Part shown: piece by piece, positions 17,180 through 26,723 of the stretch | How the letters are laid out: the number at the start of each line of letters is the position of its first letter | Position numbering within the stretch: the first letter of the stretch is position 1 | Program-made: the position numbers and the translations under genes | The notes under the pieces: generated by a model | Databases searched by the model: none | What the model was told of the DNA's origin: nothing | The model's input: only the letters and a program-made list of their open reading frames with translations | Assembly (NCBI GenBank): GCA_040754255.1 | Contig: JBFMDA010000003.1 | Coordinates: 1 to 54,710, forward strand | Reading direction: 5' to 3' | Source: Candidatus Omnitrophota bacterium | GTDB taxonomy: Bacteria; Omnitrophota; Gorgyraeia; Gygaellales; Profunditerraquicolaceae | Length of the DNA stretch: 54,710 nt

Positions 17180-19009
17180 TTAGGGGCCAAAGACTTCTTT
17201 GATGCCCAAATCAATCAACAGGGGGTCCCAGTTATGCGCAAGTAACTCTTTTTTAAGCAGCCCTGTGTCGGCGCCTTGCGACTTCCTTGTTTCTAAAAAG
17301 GCCTTGAGGATCTTTAAGTTGTAGTGTTGCGTTGAGGTCAAGGCAAGCACGATATCGTTTTCCTTCTCATTCTTATTGAGGATGTAGGCAGCGGCTGCGA
17401 CCCCCAAGGGCAATACGAAAATAAAAAGAGAACCGCTAAACAAGAAAAGGCTGCTATGCCCGAATATGTATGCAGCCGAGCCCCAGAACACGTCAAAGAG
17501 ATAGTGCGCAATAAGCACCGCGATCAGGCCATAGCGTATGAATATGAAGCCGAGGAAACAACCCAGCAGCGTAACCTCAACGCTCCTGAACCACGTCGGA
17601 AATATCGCGTATCGCGCATGGCCCATGCCCCACAAGAGCGCACTGAAGAACACGCCTAAGGCGAGGCGCTTAAAGTATTTCGTTGCCCAGCTTACGCCGA
17701 ATAGCCTGAATATCACCTCTTCGTTAAGGCTGGCGGTTGCACCGACGACAAACGCGCTCACAAACGGCACATACGAGGAAGAGAGCTGGCTAAGCATCAG
17801 CCATTCCTTCCAGACGCCCAGATAGCGCTGCCCTATGTGAAAGATGCCTGCCTGCAACCCGAGCATCGCAAAAAATACAAGATAGCCCAGGAAGACAGAA
17901 CGGCTCAGCGAACGATTAAGCCAGCCGGAACGGAGGTAGTGCAGAAACGATGCGTGGGGTTTTTCAGGCAGCACTTCGCTGCGGATAGACTCCCCTGCCA
18001 GGCCGGGCATCACAAAGGCAATGCTGACGAATATGATATTCACGCATAACCTCAAGAGATAAAGCCCAAGGTATGCGGACATACGCGAGGTAGTGCCATA
18101 CCCCATGATAATACCCTGCATGTTGTTCACCACATAGACAAGGTTTATGGCTACCAAAAATATAATGAGGCCGAAATACAGTCTCCGGCAGGCGCGTATC
18201 ACAAAGGTATGCTGCCTCTTGACTACAAAATAAATCGACCATGCCAGCAATACCAAAAGGGCGATAAACGCAATAGTAGAAAGGTATTCCCCGGAAGTCA
18301 TCTGGTTTTCTATATAACGGTGGAACTTCTCCGGGATGTCTAGCACGCGTATGTAGTATTCGCGCACCTCGTTGCCGGAAATAGTCGCCCCGGTCAAAAG
18401 TTTTGCATACCCTTCGTTCTTCTTCCAGGGGATGTAGACCCCCTTCTTTTCCCAGCTGAAACTGTAGTCAGTGCGGTTGTCGTATTTCTGCACGCCCTCG
18501 GCATGGAAATCATACTCTTGCAAGTCAAGGCCCTGGGTATCGCGCAAGAATTCCTTTGCCCTGGCAAGCGCCATAGCCTTATCAAGCGCAGGCCTGGGCT
18601 CTGTGTCTTCTATCAAATGCTTAAAGCCTATGATTGCGCCTGTTTTGGGGCTGACTGCAACGGTATATTCTTCCTTGGAGAGCTCTTTAAAGAAACGCAC
18701 CTTCCAGGAAAATAGCTCGAAGCCGTGCCTTTGGATAAATTCCTTCTCTCCCTTAAAGCCGACGGTCTTCTGTAAATACCTGTCAGACCAGTCATCGGTC
18801 AGAAAGGTCACTGCCTTGGTATACCCGGCGGGATTGACTGCGCGCTGGAGGAGGTAGGCCTGCGCTTTTTCGATAGCCTTCTTTCTGTCTACCGACAAAT
18901 CCACAAACGCAAACTCGGGGTAGCCAAGCGCCAACCACACCTGAAAGGCAATAAGGGCAATACCAATCAACAGAATCCATTCTCTAATCTTTGGCTTCAT
19001 ATGGAGCAT
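17180..19009 (-). CDS. CPBP (Abi/CAAX) family intramembrane metalloprotease with large extracytoplasmic N-terminal domain
   Basis: EEVIFR, WGMGH and AHYLFD motifs in the C-terminal transmembrane region. Confidence 0.85.
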   Translation of the reverse strand: MLHMKPKIREWILLIGIALIAFQVWLALGYPEFAFVDLSVDRKKAIEKAQAYLLQRAVNPAGYTKAVTFLTDDWSDRYLQKTVGFKGEKEFIQRHGFELFSWKVRFFKELSKEEYTVAVSPKTGAIIGFKHLIEDTEPRPALDKAMALARAKEFLRDTQGLDLQEYDFHAEGVQKYDNRTDYSFSWEKKGVYIPWKKNEGYAKLLTGATISGNEVREYYIRVLDIPEKFHRYIENQMTSGEYLSTIAFIALLVLLAWSIYFVVKRQHTFVIRACRRLYFGLIIFLVAINLVYVVNNMQGIIMGYGTTSRMSAYLGLYLLRLCVNIIFVSIAFVMPGLAGESIRSEVLPEKPHASFLHYLRSGWLNRSLSRSVFLGYLVFFAMLGLQAGIFHIGQRYLGVWKEWLMLSQLSSSYVPFVSAFVVGATASLNEEVIFRLFGVSWATKYFKRLALGVFFSALLWGMGHARYAIFPTWFRSVEVTLLGCFLGFIFIRYGLIAVLIAHYLFDVFWGSAAYIFGHSSLFLFSGSLFIFVLPLGVAAAAYILNKNEKENDIVLALTSTQHYNLKILKAFLETRKSQGADTGLLKKELLAHNWDPLLIDLGIKEVFGP

Positions 19010-19631
19010 TATGTTGCTGCAAAAATAACTTAAAATATTCCGGCAGCGCAGACTCGACGCGTACCTCTTGGCCGGTTACCGGGTGACGGAATTCAAGCTG
19101 CTGCGCATGCAGGCAGAGCCTCTTGGCTTTTATGGCAAAGTCTTTCCTGAACGCAAACCTGCGCTCCCCCACCAGCGGATGGCCGATGCGTTTAAAATGT
19201 ATCCTGATCTGGTTCTTCCTGCCGGTTTCCGGCATAATCTTAACGACCGTGAAATCCTTGTATGCCTTAATCGTGTTATATTCGGTTAATGACGGCTGGG
19301 AGTCGATAGGATGACTGATGCGGCCGCCTGCCTTAACCAATGCCCCCTGTACAAAACCCAGGTAGGTCTTTTTGATTTTCTTCTCCTTGAACATGCGCAT
19401 CATCGCTTGCTGGAGGGATTTCCCTTTCGCATATATCACCAACCCCGAGGTGTCCCGGTCAAGCCGGTGGCACGGGTGCAGCCGGTATGCCAGGCCTTTG
19501 GCCTTTGCGTCGCTGTTGAGTATGCTCGTTAACGTGCGCGTTTCGTTCCTGGGCGTAGGGATCACTAAGAGGCCGGACGGCTTATCCATAATCATAAGCC
19601 ACTTATCTTCGTATGCTACCGGTATGTTCAT
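18984..19631 (-). CDS. RluA family pseudouridine synthase
   Basis: DKPSGL, HRLDRDTSG, TGRKNQIRIH, LCLHA motifs. Confidence 0.95.
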   Translation of the reverse strand: MNIPVAYEDKWLMIMDKPSGLLVIPTPRNETRTLTSILNSDAKAKGLAYRLHPCHRLDRDTSGLVIYAKGKSLQQAMMRMFKEKKIKKTYLGFVQGALVKAGGRISHPIDSQPSLTEYNTIKAYKDFTVVKIMPETGRKNQIRIHFKRIGHPLVGERRFAFRKDFAIKAKRLCLHAQQLEFRHPVTGQEVRVESALPEYFKLFLQQHNAPYEAKD

Positions 19632-20268
19632 CGCCAACTGTAGTAAGCGCCCATTTACAAAATTCGCACTCATCCCCGGCTGCCGGCACAGGACCGCGCA
19701 ATAATGCTACCGCCCTGCGGAATACCTCTTCGGCGCGGCTAGGGTCTGTCGTAATTTCCTTTACGGATGTTTCAAATTGGAATCCCCCCTTGGGGAGCAT
19801 TTTCTGCGGGATATAGTACACCAGGTACGCCTTCTTATGCGTGGGCAATTGGTTCTTTTCTAATAAAAACGTATACACATCCATCTGGAGCTGGTATGCC
19901 TCATGGACGGCATCCGGCACAGACCCTCTCGTTTTGTGGTCTAATGCCGCATAGACGTTATGTTCCACTTCTATGCATTCATCGAGGTAGCCTCCGAGTT
20001 TCGCGTCGTTTGCCTCGTCGGTAAATTCAAACCACCCCCTGTAAGGAAGCTTTGCCATTAATTTCCCGGGCACCCTGCCTTCAAGGAAAGGCGGCAGGCC
20101 CTGTGTGTTGCGGAAGAGGTTAAAGTATTCTTTGACTACACGGTCAAGCCCCGAAGTAATGGTAGCTACCGGCGGGCCGGGCCTTTTGATGCCCTTGTTC
20201 ACGTAAAGCCAGAAGCAGCGCGGGCAATCAAGAAAAAGGTTAAGGCTGCTGGGTGAGAGTTTGACCAT
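19603..20268 (-). CDS. PD-(D/E)XK nuclease (RecB/Cas4-like)
   Basis: LSPSSL..CPRC, GYLD..DHKT, QLQMDVY, C-terminal CEFC. Confidence 0.85.
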   Translation of the reverse strand: MVKLSPSSLNLFLDCPRCFWLYVNKGIKRPGPPVATITSGLDRVVKEYFNLFRNTQGLPPFLEGRVPGKLMAKLPYRGWFEFTDEANDAKLGGYLDECIEVEHNVYAALDHKTRGSVPDAVHEAYQLQMDVYTFLLEKNQLPTHKKAYLVYYIPQKMLPKGGFQFETSVKEITTDPSRAEEVFRRAVALLRGPVPAAGDECEFCKWALTTVGDEHTGSIRR

Positions 20269-20270
20269 TT

Positions 20271-21230
20271 TTAGATAATGGAAAGCATTGCGTCTATCGC
20301 CTTCTTGGCTTTACGGCGTATCCCTTCAGATACCCTTACCTCGGTCTTTAATTCCTCCAGGGCCCAGAGTATCTTCTCCTGGGTGGTCCTCTTCATGTTG
20401 GGGCAGATAGCCCTCTCGGAAAGCGGATAAAACTCTTTCCCCGGGTTATCCTGCTTGAGGCGGTATATCAAACCTACTTCCGTGCCCACCATGAATTCCC
20501 TGGCATCGCTTTCTTTGGCGAACTTCACCATCTGGCTGGTGGAAAGCACTGCATCAGCCATGTCCACTACCGAAGGAAGGCATTCCGGATGCACCATGAC
20601 TTTTGCTTTAGAGTGGAAACGCTTTTCCCTTTTTACGTCTTCCGGCAGTATTTTCACGTGGGTGGGGCAGAACCCGTTCCAGGCAATGAGCTTTTTGCCT
20701 GTGCGCCGGGACACATAATCGGCAAGGTATTTATCGGGGACAAAAATAATCTCTTTTTTCTTTCCGAACCTCTTGCCGCCGGTCTCGTAATCCCGCATGA
20801 TTGCGTTTACGACCGAAACGGCATTGGTCGAGGTGCAGCACACATCGAGCTCCGCCTTGACCTCGGCTGAGGTATTCACATAGCCTACCGCGATTGCGTC
20901 AGGGTGGTCTTTTTTTAATTTCTTTAGCTCTGATGCGGTAATCATGCCGGCCATAGGGCAGCCGGAATGTATATCCGGCATAATCACCTGTTTGTCCGGG
21001 CAGAGGATCGAGGCGGTCTCAGCCATAAAATGGACGCCGCAAAACACAATCACCTTTGCGTCGGTCTTTGCGGCCATACGGCTAAGCTCCAGCGAATCGC
21101 CCCTGAAGTCAGCGACATCCTGGACTTCGGGCAGCTGGTAATTATGGACGAGTATCACTGCCTTGCGTTGTTTTTTCAGCAGCCTTATCTTTTCTTCAAG
21201 CCTCGCAAACGGCATACTGCTCATTATCAT
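20271..21230 (-). CDS. nadA: Quinolinate synthase
   Basis: HNYQ, GDSLEL, FCGVHFMAE, GCPMA, CPTH, HPEC, CPNMK motifs. Confidence 0.97.
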   Translation of the reverse strand: MIMSSMPFARLEEKIRLLKKQRKAVILVHNYQLPEVQDVADFRGDSLELSRMAAKTDAKVIVFCGVHFMAETASILCPDKQVIMPDIHSGCPMAGMITASELKKLKKDHPDAIAVGYVNTSAEVKAELDVCCTSTNAVSVVNAIMRDYETGGKRFGKKKEIIFVPDKYLADYVSRRTGKKLIAWNGFCPTHVKILPEDVKREKRFHSKAKVMVHPECLPSVVDMADAVLSTSQMVKFAKESDAREFMVGTEVGLIYRLKQDNPGKEFYPLSERAICPNMKRTTQEKILWALEELKTEVRVSEGIRRKAKKAIDAMLSII

Positions 21231-22315
21231 TATGCAATTGCCTCCTGGATGATACCGCCGCCTATCACCGTATCTTTATCGTAAAATACCGCGGACTGGC
21301 CGGGCGTGATGGCAAACTGAGGCTTCTTGAATACGACCTCTGCCTTTCCGTTTCTTTGAGTCACAGTGGCCGGCTCCTCTTTGTGATTATAGCGTATCCT
21401 CACCCTTACCACAATCTTATTTTTCAGCGGCGTGCCGATACAATGCACGTCTTTAAGCACGCAGGCCTTGCGGAAGGCTTCTTCTTTCCTGCCGACCACC
21501 ACCGTATTTGTGGCCGGCTCTAACGCAGTGACATAAAGCGGGTACCCTGCAGCAATGCCAAGGCCCTGGCGCTGCCCGATAGTATATAACGCAATCCCCT
21601 TATGGAGGCCGAGCATATTGCCCGCCGTATCCATAATAGGCCCCGGCTTAATCCTGGCGGCGGCGCGGTGCCTTAAAAATGCGCGGTAATCATCATCGGG
21701 AAGAAAGCATATTTCCTGGCTCGCACGCTTGCCTGCAACGCTAAGCCCGTAGCCTTTAGCGAGTGCGCGCGCTTTTTCCTTGGTATAGCCGCCCAAAGGA
21801 AAGAGCAGCCTTGAAAGCTGCTGCTGGTCCAGGCGATAGAGGAAATAGGATTGGTCTTTGCGCAGGTCCTTTGCTTTTTTAAGCAGATACCCGTATCTGT
21901 GTGATGTGCTGCTTCGGCTCTTTTGTATGCGCGCATAATGGCCTGTTGCAAGGAACGCAGCGCCTAAGGATACGGCTTTCTTTAAAAGCGCTCCGAATTT
22001 AAGGTATTGGTTGCAGCGTATGCAAGGGTTAGGGGTCCTGCCGCGGAGGTACTCGTTGCAAAAATCGTCTATGACCTTATCCTGCAAGGCGGCTTTAAAA
22101 TTCAATACATAATGCCTTATGCCTAAGGCATGCGCGACCCTGCGTGCGTCTTCTATCCCCTGCAGCCCGCAACAAGACGGTTTTTCCCTTGCAGAATCAG
22201 CGATGTTGAAGCACATGGTAATGCCGATAACCTCGTATCCCTGCGTTACCAGTAACGCAGCAGCTACCGAAGAATCAACCCCTCCGCTCATTGCCACCAC
22301 AACACGTTTTTTCAT
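21230..22315 (-). CDS. mnmA: tRNA 2-thiouridine(34) synthase
   Basis: AMSGGVDSS, TPNPCIRCN, ATGHYA, KDQSYFL, SQEICF, TPGQSAVFY. Confidence 0.97.
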   Translation of the reverse strand: MKKRVVVAMSGGVDSSVAAALLVTQGYEVIGITMCFNIADSAREKPSCCGLQGIEDARRVAHALGIRHYVLNFKAALQDKVIDDFCNEYLRGRTPNPCIRCNQYLKFGALLKKAVSLGAAFLATGHYARIQKSRSSTSHRYGYLLKKAKDLRKDQSYFLYRLDQQQLSRLLFPLGGYTKEKARALAKGYGLSVAGKRASQEICFLPDDDYRAFLRHRAAARIKPGPIMDTAGNMLGLHKGIALYTIGQRQGLGIAAGYPLYVTALEPATNTVVVGRKEEAFRKACVLKDVHCIGTPLKNKIVVRVRIRYNHKEEPATVTQRNGKAEVVFKKPQFAITPGQSAVFYDKDTVIGGGIIQEAIA

Positions 22316-22387
22316 AATGCCTCATTATAACATAATTTGATATTTTAAAAAGGGAGGGGGGCGCTAAATCAGGGATACGGGGATTGG

Positions 22388-22690
22388 TCAGGCGCTGCCG
22401 TTACGCACCCGGTCAATAGTCTGCAGCTGATAATAACCAAGCACCTTTACCTTGGCCTTGGATTGAGAGACCAGCCAGTCATGCAATTTCTGCATGAACC
22501 GCTCATGGTCTTTTTTGGTCCTCCATTGGTATACGGAGGCATACTGGTTGCTGGCATCGCTCCTTTTCATGGTGAAATAGTTGATAAAGCCTTTCGCCTG
22601 TTTTGCATGGCGTGCCCACATCTTGCTGTCCCTGCGGTAATCCAGGACCTCGCGTGGCTTGATTTCGAATAATACCGTATGAAAAAACAC
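22388..22690 (-). CDS. Antibiotic-biosynthesis-monooxygenase-like (dimeric alpha/beta barrel) protein
   Basis: 100 aa with a GF...Y..W..DH pattern typical of ABM domains. Confidence 0.6.
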   Translation of the reverse strand: MFFHTVLFEIKPREVLDYRRDSKMWARHAKQAKGFINYFTMKRSDASNQYASVYQWRTKKDHERFMQKLHDWLVSQSKAKVKVLGYYQLQTIDRVRNGSA

Positions 22691-22777
22691 AGCGGCTCCT
22701 TTTTTTTAAGAAGTGTGTAGCGCGTTACGCAATGTATTATATCCTGAAAAACGCAAAACTCAACATTTTTTCCTGCC

Positions 22778-24610
22778 CTACCAATCGCAGCGCAGGCCCC
22801 ATTTTATCCACCGTGCCGGCTGCAAGACCCCTGCGACTTCTGAATAGTCGGTATCGGAAAAATTCTCAACGGCCAAAAAAGGCTCTAAGGTAAAGCCGTT
22901 GCGGGTTATCTTCTTTGACACATAGGCATCCCCTACGAAATATGTCTCGCCAAACTTACGTTCTATATACGAGAGCTGCCAACGCAGGTCTAAGCCGCAG
23001 ATGCGCTGGCGTATGCCTAAGAGCCATTGCTGTTTCGCGATATCGAGGGCGTATTTCGACTGAAAACCAGCCGCCTTATGGCGCGCTTCCTGAAATGCAA
23101 AAGATACCGTAACCTCCTCTAACCTTGTCCCCATATACCGCAAAGAAGGCTTTAGCGTACATCCAAGCTCTGCGCCCCTAAACTGTGCCTTACCCAGGTT
23201 TGTCGCCTGCCAGGCTTGCGAAGAAGTAGCGCGCGTCCAATCGATGAGATTACGGCCATTCCTTACGAATCCGTTAAGCTCAACTTCAAAAGGCGCATCA
23301 TACCAGCCGACCCCCAAAGAAAAATTATCCGACTTCTCTGCCTTTAAATCTGCATTCCCTTTATTTGCGGCATCGGAATAATAGAGTTCGGTGAACGTGG
23401 GAATCCTAAAGCCCCTGCTTACTTCGCCTTTCACCAATGCCCTGTGTTTGGCCGCCCAATACCCAAACCCGAGGTTATATGACGGCTGCTGCGGCCATTG
23501 TTGATAATGATCCAGCCGCACGGTTGCGTGCATATCTAATGCGTCGTGTATGCCGGAATGGATGCCTACAAGGCCGGCATTGAACAGGCGGGCGTGCTTG
23601 CCTAAGTTTGTCGAGTATATTTCATCCCTGCCTATGTCGCCGCCAAAGAGCAGGTCGCCGAAAGGTACGGCAACCGCGTATCTAGAATTTAGGCCATAGA
23701 CATAGGTCGTGTGATAATTGACCGAGGTAGGGCTATTTCTCCTTAAGATAAACTTGTCGCGGTGTTTTCTTAAAAATATACTATTGTGCAATTGCCCCGA
23801 ATACAGCTGGTTATCCAGGCCGGAACGCAGGAACACGGTTTCGGTGTGTTCTTCTTCTTCGGGGAACAGGTTAGAATAGAAGCTGTCAGCGCCAAAATCT
23901 TTTTTTTGGTAACCCAAGAGGAGGTCCTGGGTAAACCCATCCCATTCCTTGACAGCGTAGAGCGAGGCAATGGAATTCTTGAAATCGGTATTAGGCCTTG
24001 AGCCGCTTGAAACCGAATGATCAAAGGAGAGCCTGCCGGAAAAACCATCGCTAGGATACGATAACGAAAATGCCTGACCGAAGAGCGCATGCTCTCCGAA
24101 CGTCGCAGCAAGATGCGATTCTTTTTTAACCGGCTTCTTGGTGACGAAATTGATGCTTCCTGCCAATGCCCCGGTACCATAAAGAGAAGAGCTTGCATCC
24201 TTATGCACCTCTACCTTTTCAACGTCAAAGGCGGTAAGGGGCAGGTCCAGATTAAAATGGCCGGTCTGGGGGTCGTTGACACGCAGGCCGTCAATGAGTA
24301 TCCCTGCCTGCTCATAGGTAGAGCCTCTTAACGATATGTCTGACTGGATGCCGTATGTGCCGCGGCTGCGCACATCCAGGCCTTCTATCCTGTTCAGTAA
24401 TTCCGTAAAATAACCTCCGTGCGCAGGGCCCGCCATAGCGGCATCAACCGTATTCTTCCGGGATGCGGGGAAAAATGCATCAAACATATCCTGCCTGGGG
24501 GTTATGACGATTTTCTCAAGGGTATAGGAGTCATCGGCAAAGGCAATGCGGGGCAAGAAACACGCAAACGCAAGGAAAAAAGTAAGTCTCTTCTGTATGT
24601 GGTAACGCAT
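22778..24610 (-). CDS. TonB-dependent outer-membrane receptor
   Basis: Signal peptide, TonB box (EKIVIT), plug (ISLRG, ILIDGLRVND, VEKVEV..SSLYG.GALAGSIN), RIPTFTELY, LKAEKS, terminal aromatic residue. Confidence 0.93.
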   Translation of the reverse strand: MRYHIQKRLTFFLAFACFLPRIAFADDSYTLEKIVITPRQDMFDAFFPASRKNTVDAAMAGPAHGGYFTELLNRIEGLDVRSRGTYGIQSDISLRGSTYEQAGILIDGLRVNDPQTGHFNLDLPLTAFDVEKVEVHKDASSSLYGTGALAGSINFVTKKPVKKESHLAATFGEHALFGQAFSLSYPSDGFSGRLSFDHSVSSGSRPNTDFKNSIASLYAVKEWDGFTQDLLLGYQKKDFGADSFYSNLFPEEEEHTETVFLRSGLDNQLYSGQLHNSIFLRKHRDKFILRRNSPTSVNYHTTYVYGLNSRYAVAVPFGDLLFGGDIGRDEIYSTNLGKHARLFNAGLVGIHSGIHDALDMHATVRLDHYQQWPQQPSYNLGFGYWAAKHRALVKGEVSRGFRIPTFTELYYSDAANKGNADLKAEKSDNFSLGVGWYDAPFEVELNGFVRNGRNLIDWTRATSSQAWQATNLGKAQFRGAELGCTLKPSLRYMGTRLEEVTVSFAFQEARHKAAGFQSKYALDIAKQQWLLGIRQRICGLDLRWQLSYIERKFGETYFVGDAYVSKKITRNGFTLEPFLAVENFSDTDYSEVAGVLQPARWIKWGLRCDW

Positions 24611-24639
24611 GCGAGAGAGGCTTTTTGATTAAAAAAATA

Positions 24640-24667
24640 CCCGGCATTTATTATATGCAATGCCGGG
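24640..24667 (-). terminator. Hairpin terminator of the birA-containing operon, overlapping the receptor promoter
   Basis: CCCGGCATT/AATGCCGGG inverted repeat, followed on the minus strand by a T run. Confidence 0.6.
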
Positions 24668-24704
24668 CTAATTGTCAACCAGATAAAATTTATAAGTTTA
24701 CATT
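24650..24704 (-). promoter_or_regulatory. Consensus sigma70 promoter overlapped by a BirA-type operator
   Basis: Minus strand TTGACA (24678-24673)-17 nt-TATAAT (24655-24650); inverted repeat TGTCAAC-N16-GTTTACA (24673-24702) matches the BirA operator form TGTAAAC-N14/16-GTTTACA. Confidence 0.85.
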
Positions 24705-24709
24705 AGGTA

Positions 24710-25666
24710 CTAACGGCAATGTATCAGGTCACCCGCGGTCACTTTGTCTATGAGCCCTGCGTCGTTACGGATCAGGAGGCCTCCGTCGCTATCAATATCG
24801 AGCGCCTCTCCTTCGATGTGCCTTTTTTGATACACGACTTTTACCCTTTTTCCTATGGTGAGCGCATACGCACGCCAGCGCGCAAGAATCGGGTCCGGGC
24901 CTTCTTTTTTAAAAAGGAAATAGTGCTCCTCAAAGCTTTCCAGGAGGCATGTAAGCAGTGCCAGGCGGCTGACAGCGGTTTTAAGCTGCTCTTTCAACGA
25001 GGTAGCGCCTTCAGGCAATGCGCTCTTGTCGCTGTTGACATTTACGCCTATCCCGATAAGGACAAACGATACCGCATCGAGCTCTGCCTTCAATTCGGTT
25101 AAGATGCCTGAGACTTTACGGTGCGAGAGAAGGATATCATTAGGCCATTTGATTTGTGCCCCCAGGCCGGTTGTGTGTTTTATTGCTTCGCATACGCATA
25201 CGGCAGTCATAAGCGTTAAGAGCGGGGTTTGCGAGGGGATGATGTTGGGCTTGATAATCAAAGAAAGGTATATGCCTTTATATTTCGGAGAAGCCCAGGC
25301 CCGCCCCATCCTTCCCCTGCCGCCGCTCTGCGATTCGGCGATGACTACGGTGCCTTCCGGGGCACCCTCAAAACCCAGCTGCATGGCCTTATCCATGGTT
25401 GAAGAAAGTTTATCAAAATAATATATCTTTTTGCCGATGCAGCGCGTGCGCAGGCCAACGCTTACCTCTGGCGGGAAAAGCCTGTCAGGTACAGAAACGA
25501 GCTGATACCCTAGATGGGGGACCGCCACAATTTCGTATCCGGCATCCCGCAACTCCTGCACGTGCTTCCAGAGCGCCTGCCTGCTGACCTTAAGCCTGTG
25601 GGCAAGCTGGTCTCCCGACACATAGCCTTGTCTTTCTTTTAAAAACGCGATGATTTTATCCTGCAT
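24710..25666 (-). CDS. birA: Bifunctional biotin ligase / biotin operon repressor (with N-terminal HTH)
   Basis: N-terminal winged HTH (YVSGDQLA...VSRQALWKH), QSGGRGRMGRAW, KWPND, KVSGIL. Confidence 0.96.
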   Translation of the reverse strand: MQDKIIAFLKERQGYVSGDQLAHRLKVSRQALWKHVQELRDAGYEIVAVPHLGYQLVSVPDRLFPPEVSVGLRTRCIGKKIYYFDKLSSTMDKAMQLGFEGAPEGTVVIAESQSGGRGRMGRAWASPKYKGIYLSLIIKPNIIPSQTPLLTLMTAVCVCEAIKHTTGLGAQIKWPNDILLSHRKVSGILTELKAELDAVSFVLIGIGVNVNSDKSALPEGATSLKEQLKTAVSRLALLTCLLESFEEHYFLFKKEGPDPILARWRAYALTIGKRVKVVYQKRHIEGEALDIDSDGGLLIRNDAGLIDKVTAGDLIHCR

Positions 25667-26723
25667 TGGTTTTCTTGAGGTATTCTTCGAATTTCTGCCA
25701 GAACGGGTCTATGCGCGGATGGACCAATTTCTTTTTACGCCCGCCCTCATGCGTATAGATCCCTTCTTTGCGAGGGACTATTTCACCGGCAATACTGGCA
25801 GGTATGGCGTGTGCCTTTAGCGCCTTTACCACTGCATGCGCGCGCTGTTTTTTAACTATTGCAAGCAAGGTGCCCTCGCTGATTGCGCGAAAAAGGTCGA
25901 TATCAAAACACGCGCAGGTTTTGCGCACTGCCTCCTGGATAACTATACTGTCTAAATAGACGCGCATACCTACACGGCAATGCACGGCCATTTCGTATAA
26001 ACCGCCCAATATGCCGCATTCGGTCGCATCATGCATTGCCTGCACGCCCCCTACGGAAGCAGCAATCTGGGCGTCTTTGACAGTAGACATCTGATAATAG
26101 ACATCCTGCGCATCCTTCACGAAAGAGCTACCGTAACGGCTTCTAAGGAACCGGGGGAAATATGCAGCCATAAGCCCGGTGGTTTCAATAGCCGGGCCTT
26201 TTGAGATCACGATGAGGTCTCCTGGCCGGGCATGGGGGATGATTAATTCTTTTCTTGCGCCGACACCGATCATGGTAGCGCCCCCCACCATGGGGTAGTT
26301 ACAGCCGGCATACCGGGCAGTATGACCGGTGACTACATTGATACCCAGCGCGCGGCACTCGCTGTGCACGACGCTCCATAACCGTATTAATTCCTGCTCG
26401 GTGATTTCCGGGGGGAGGTTAAGGTCGACCGATAAGAATCTCGGCCGGATGCCGCTCACTGCGACGTCGCTGGCAATGATGTGGACCGCAAACCATGCGG
26501 CCTTTTCGATCCCTAAGTCCCGGGCGATATAAAAAGGGTCGGTGGATAGCACCACTACCTCTTTACCCAGTTCAATCACCCCAAAATCAACCCCGTGCTG
26601 CGGTTCAACCAGCACTGAACGGTCTTTGGCGCCAAGCCGGGGATAAATGATTTTAGTGAAAAACTCAGGAGTGATTTTGCCTAACGCAGGGAGTGCGGGC
26701 GAATCTGTTTTATTTCTGCGCAT
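25656..26723 (-). CDS. AIR synthase family (PurM/HypE/SelD-like) protein of unknown function
   Basis: GVDFGV, STDP, SDVAVSG, TGHT, AMHDATECG motifs. Confidence 0.85.
   Translation of the reverse strand: MRRNKTDSPALPALGKITPEFFTKIIYPRLGAKDRSVLVEPQHGVDFGVIELGKEVVVLSTDPFYIARDLGIEKAAWFAVHIIASDVAVSGIRPRFLSVDLNLPPEITEQELIRLWSVVHSECRALGINVVTGHTARYAGCNYPMVGGATMIGVGARKELIIPHARPGDLIVISKGPAIETTGLMAAYFPRFLRSRYGSSFVKDAQDVYYQMSTVKDAQIAASVGGVQAMHDATECGILGGLYEMAVHCRVGMRVYLDSIVIQEAVRKTCACFDIDLFRAISEGTLLAIVKKQRAHAVVKALKAHAIPASIAGEIVPRKEGIYTHEGGRKKKLVHPRIDPFWQKFEEYLKKTNAG

Noticed and set aside
19603-20268. Cas4-like nuclease as evidence of a CRISPR-Cas locus
   Set aside because: No repeat-spacer array or other cas genes in the window; the gene is embedded among housekeeping genes, so it is best treated as a stand-alone PD-(D/E)XK nuclease.
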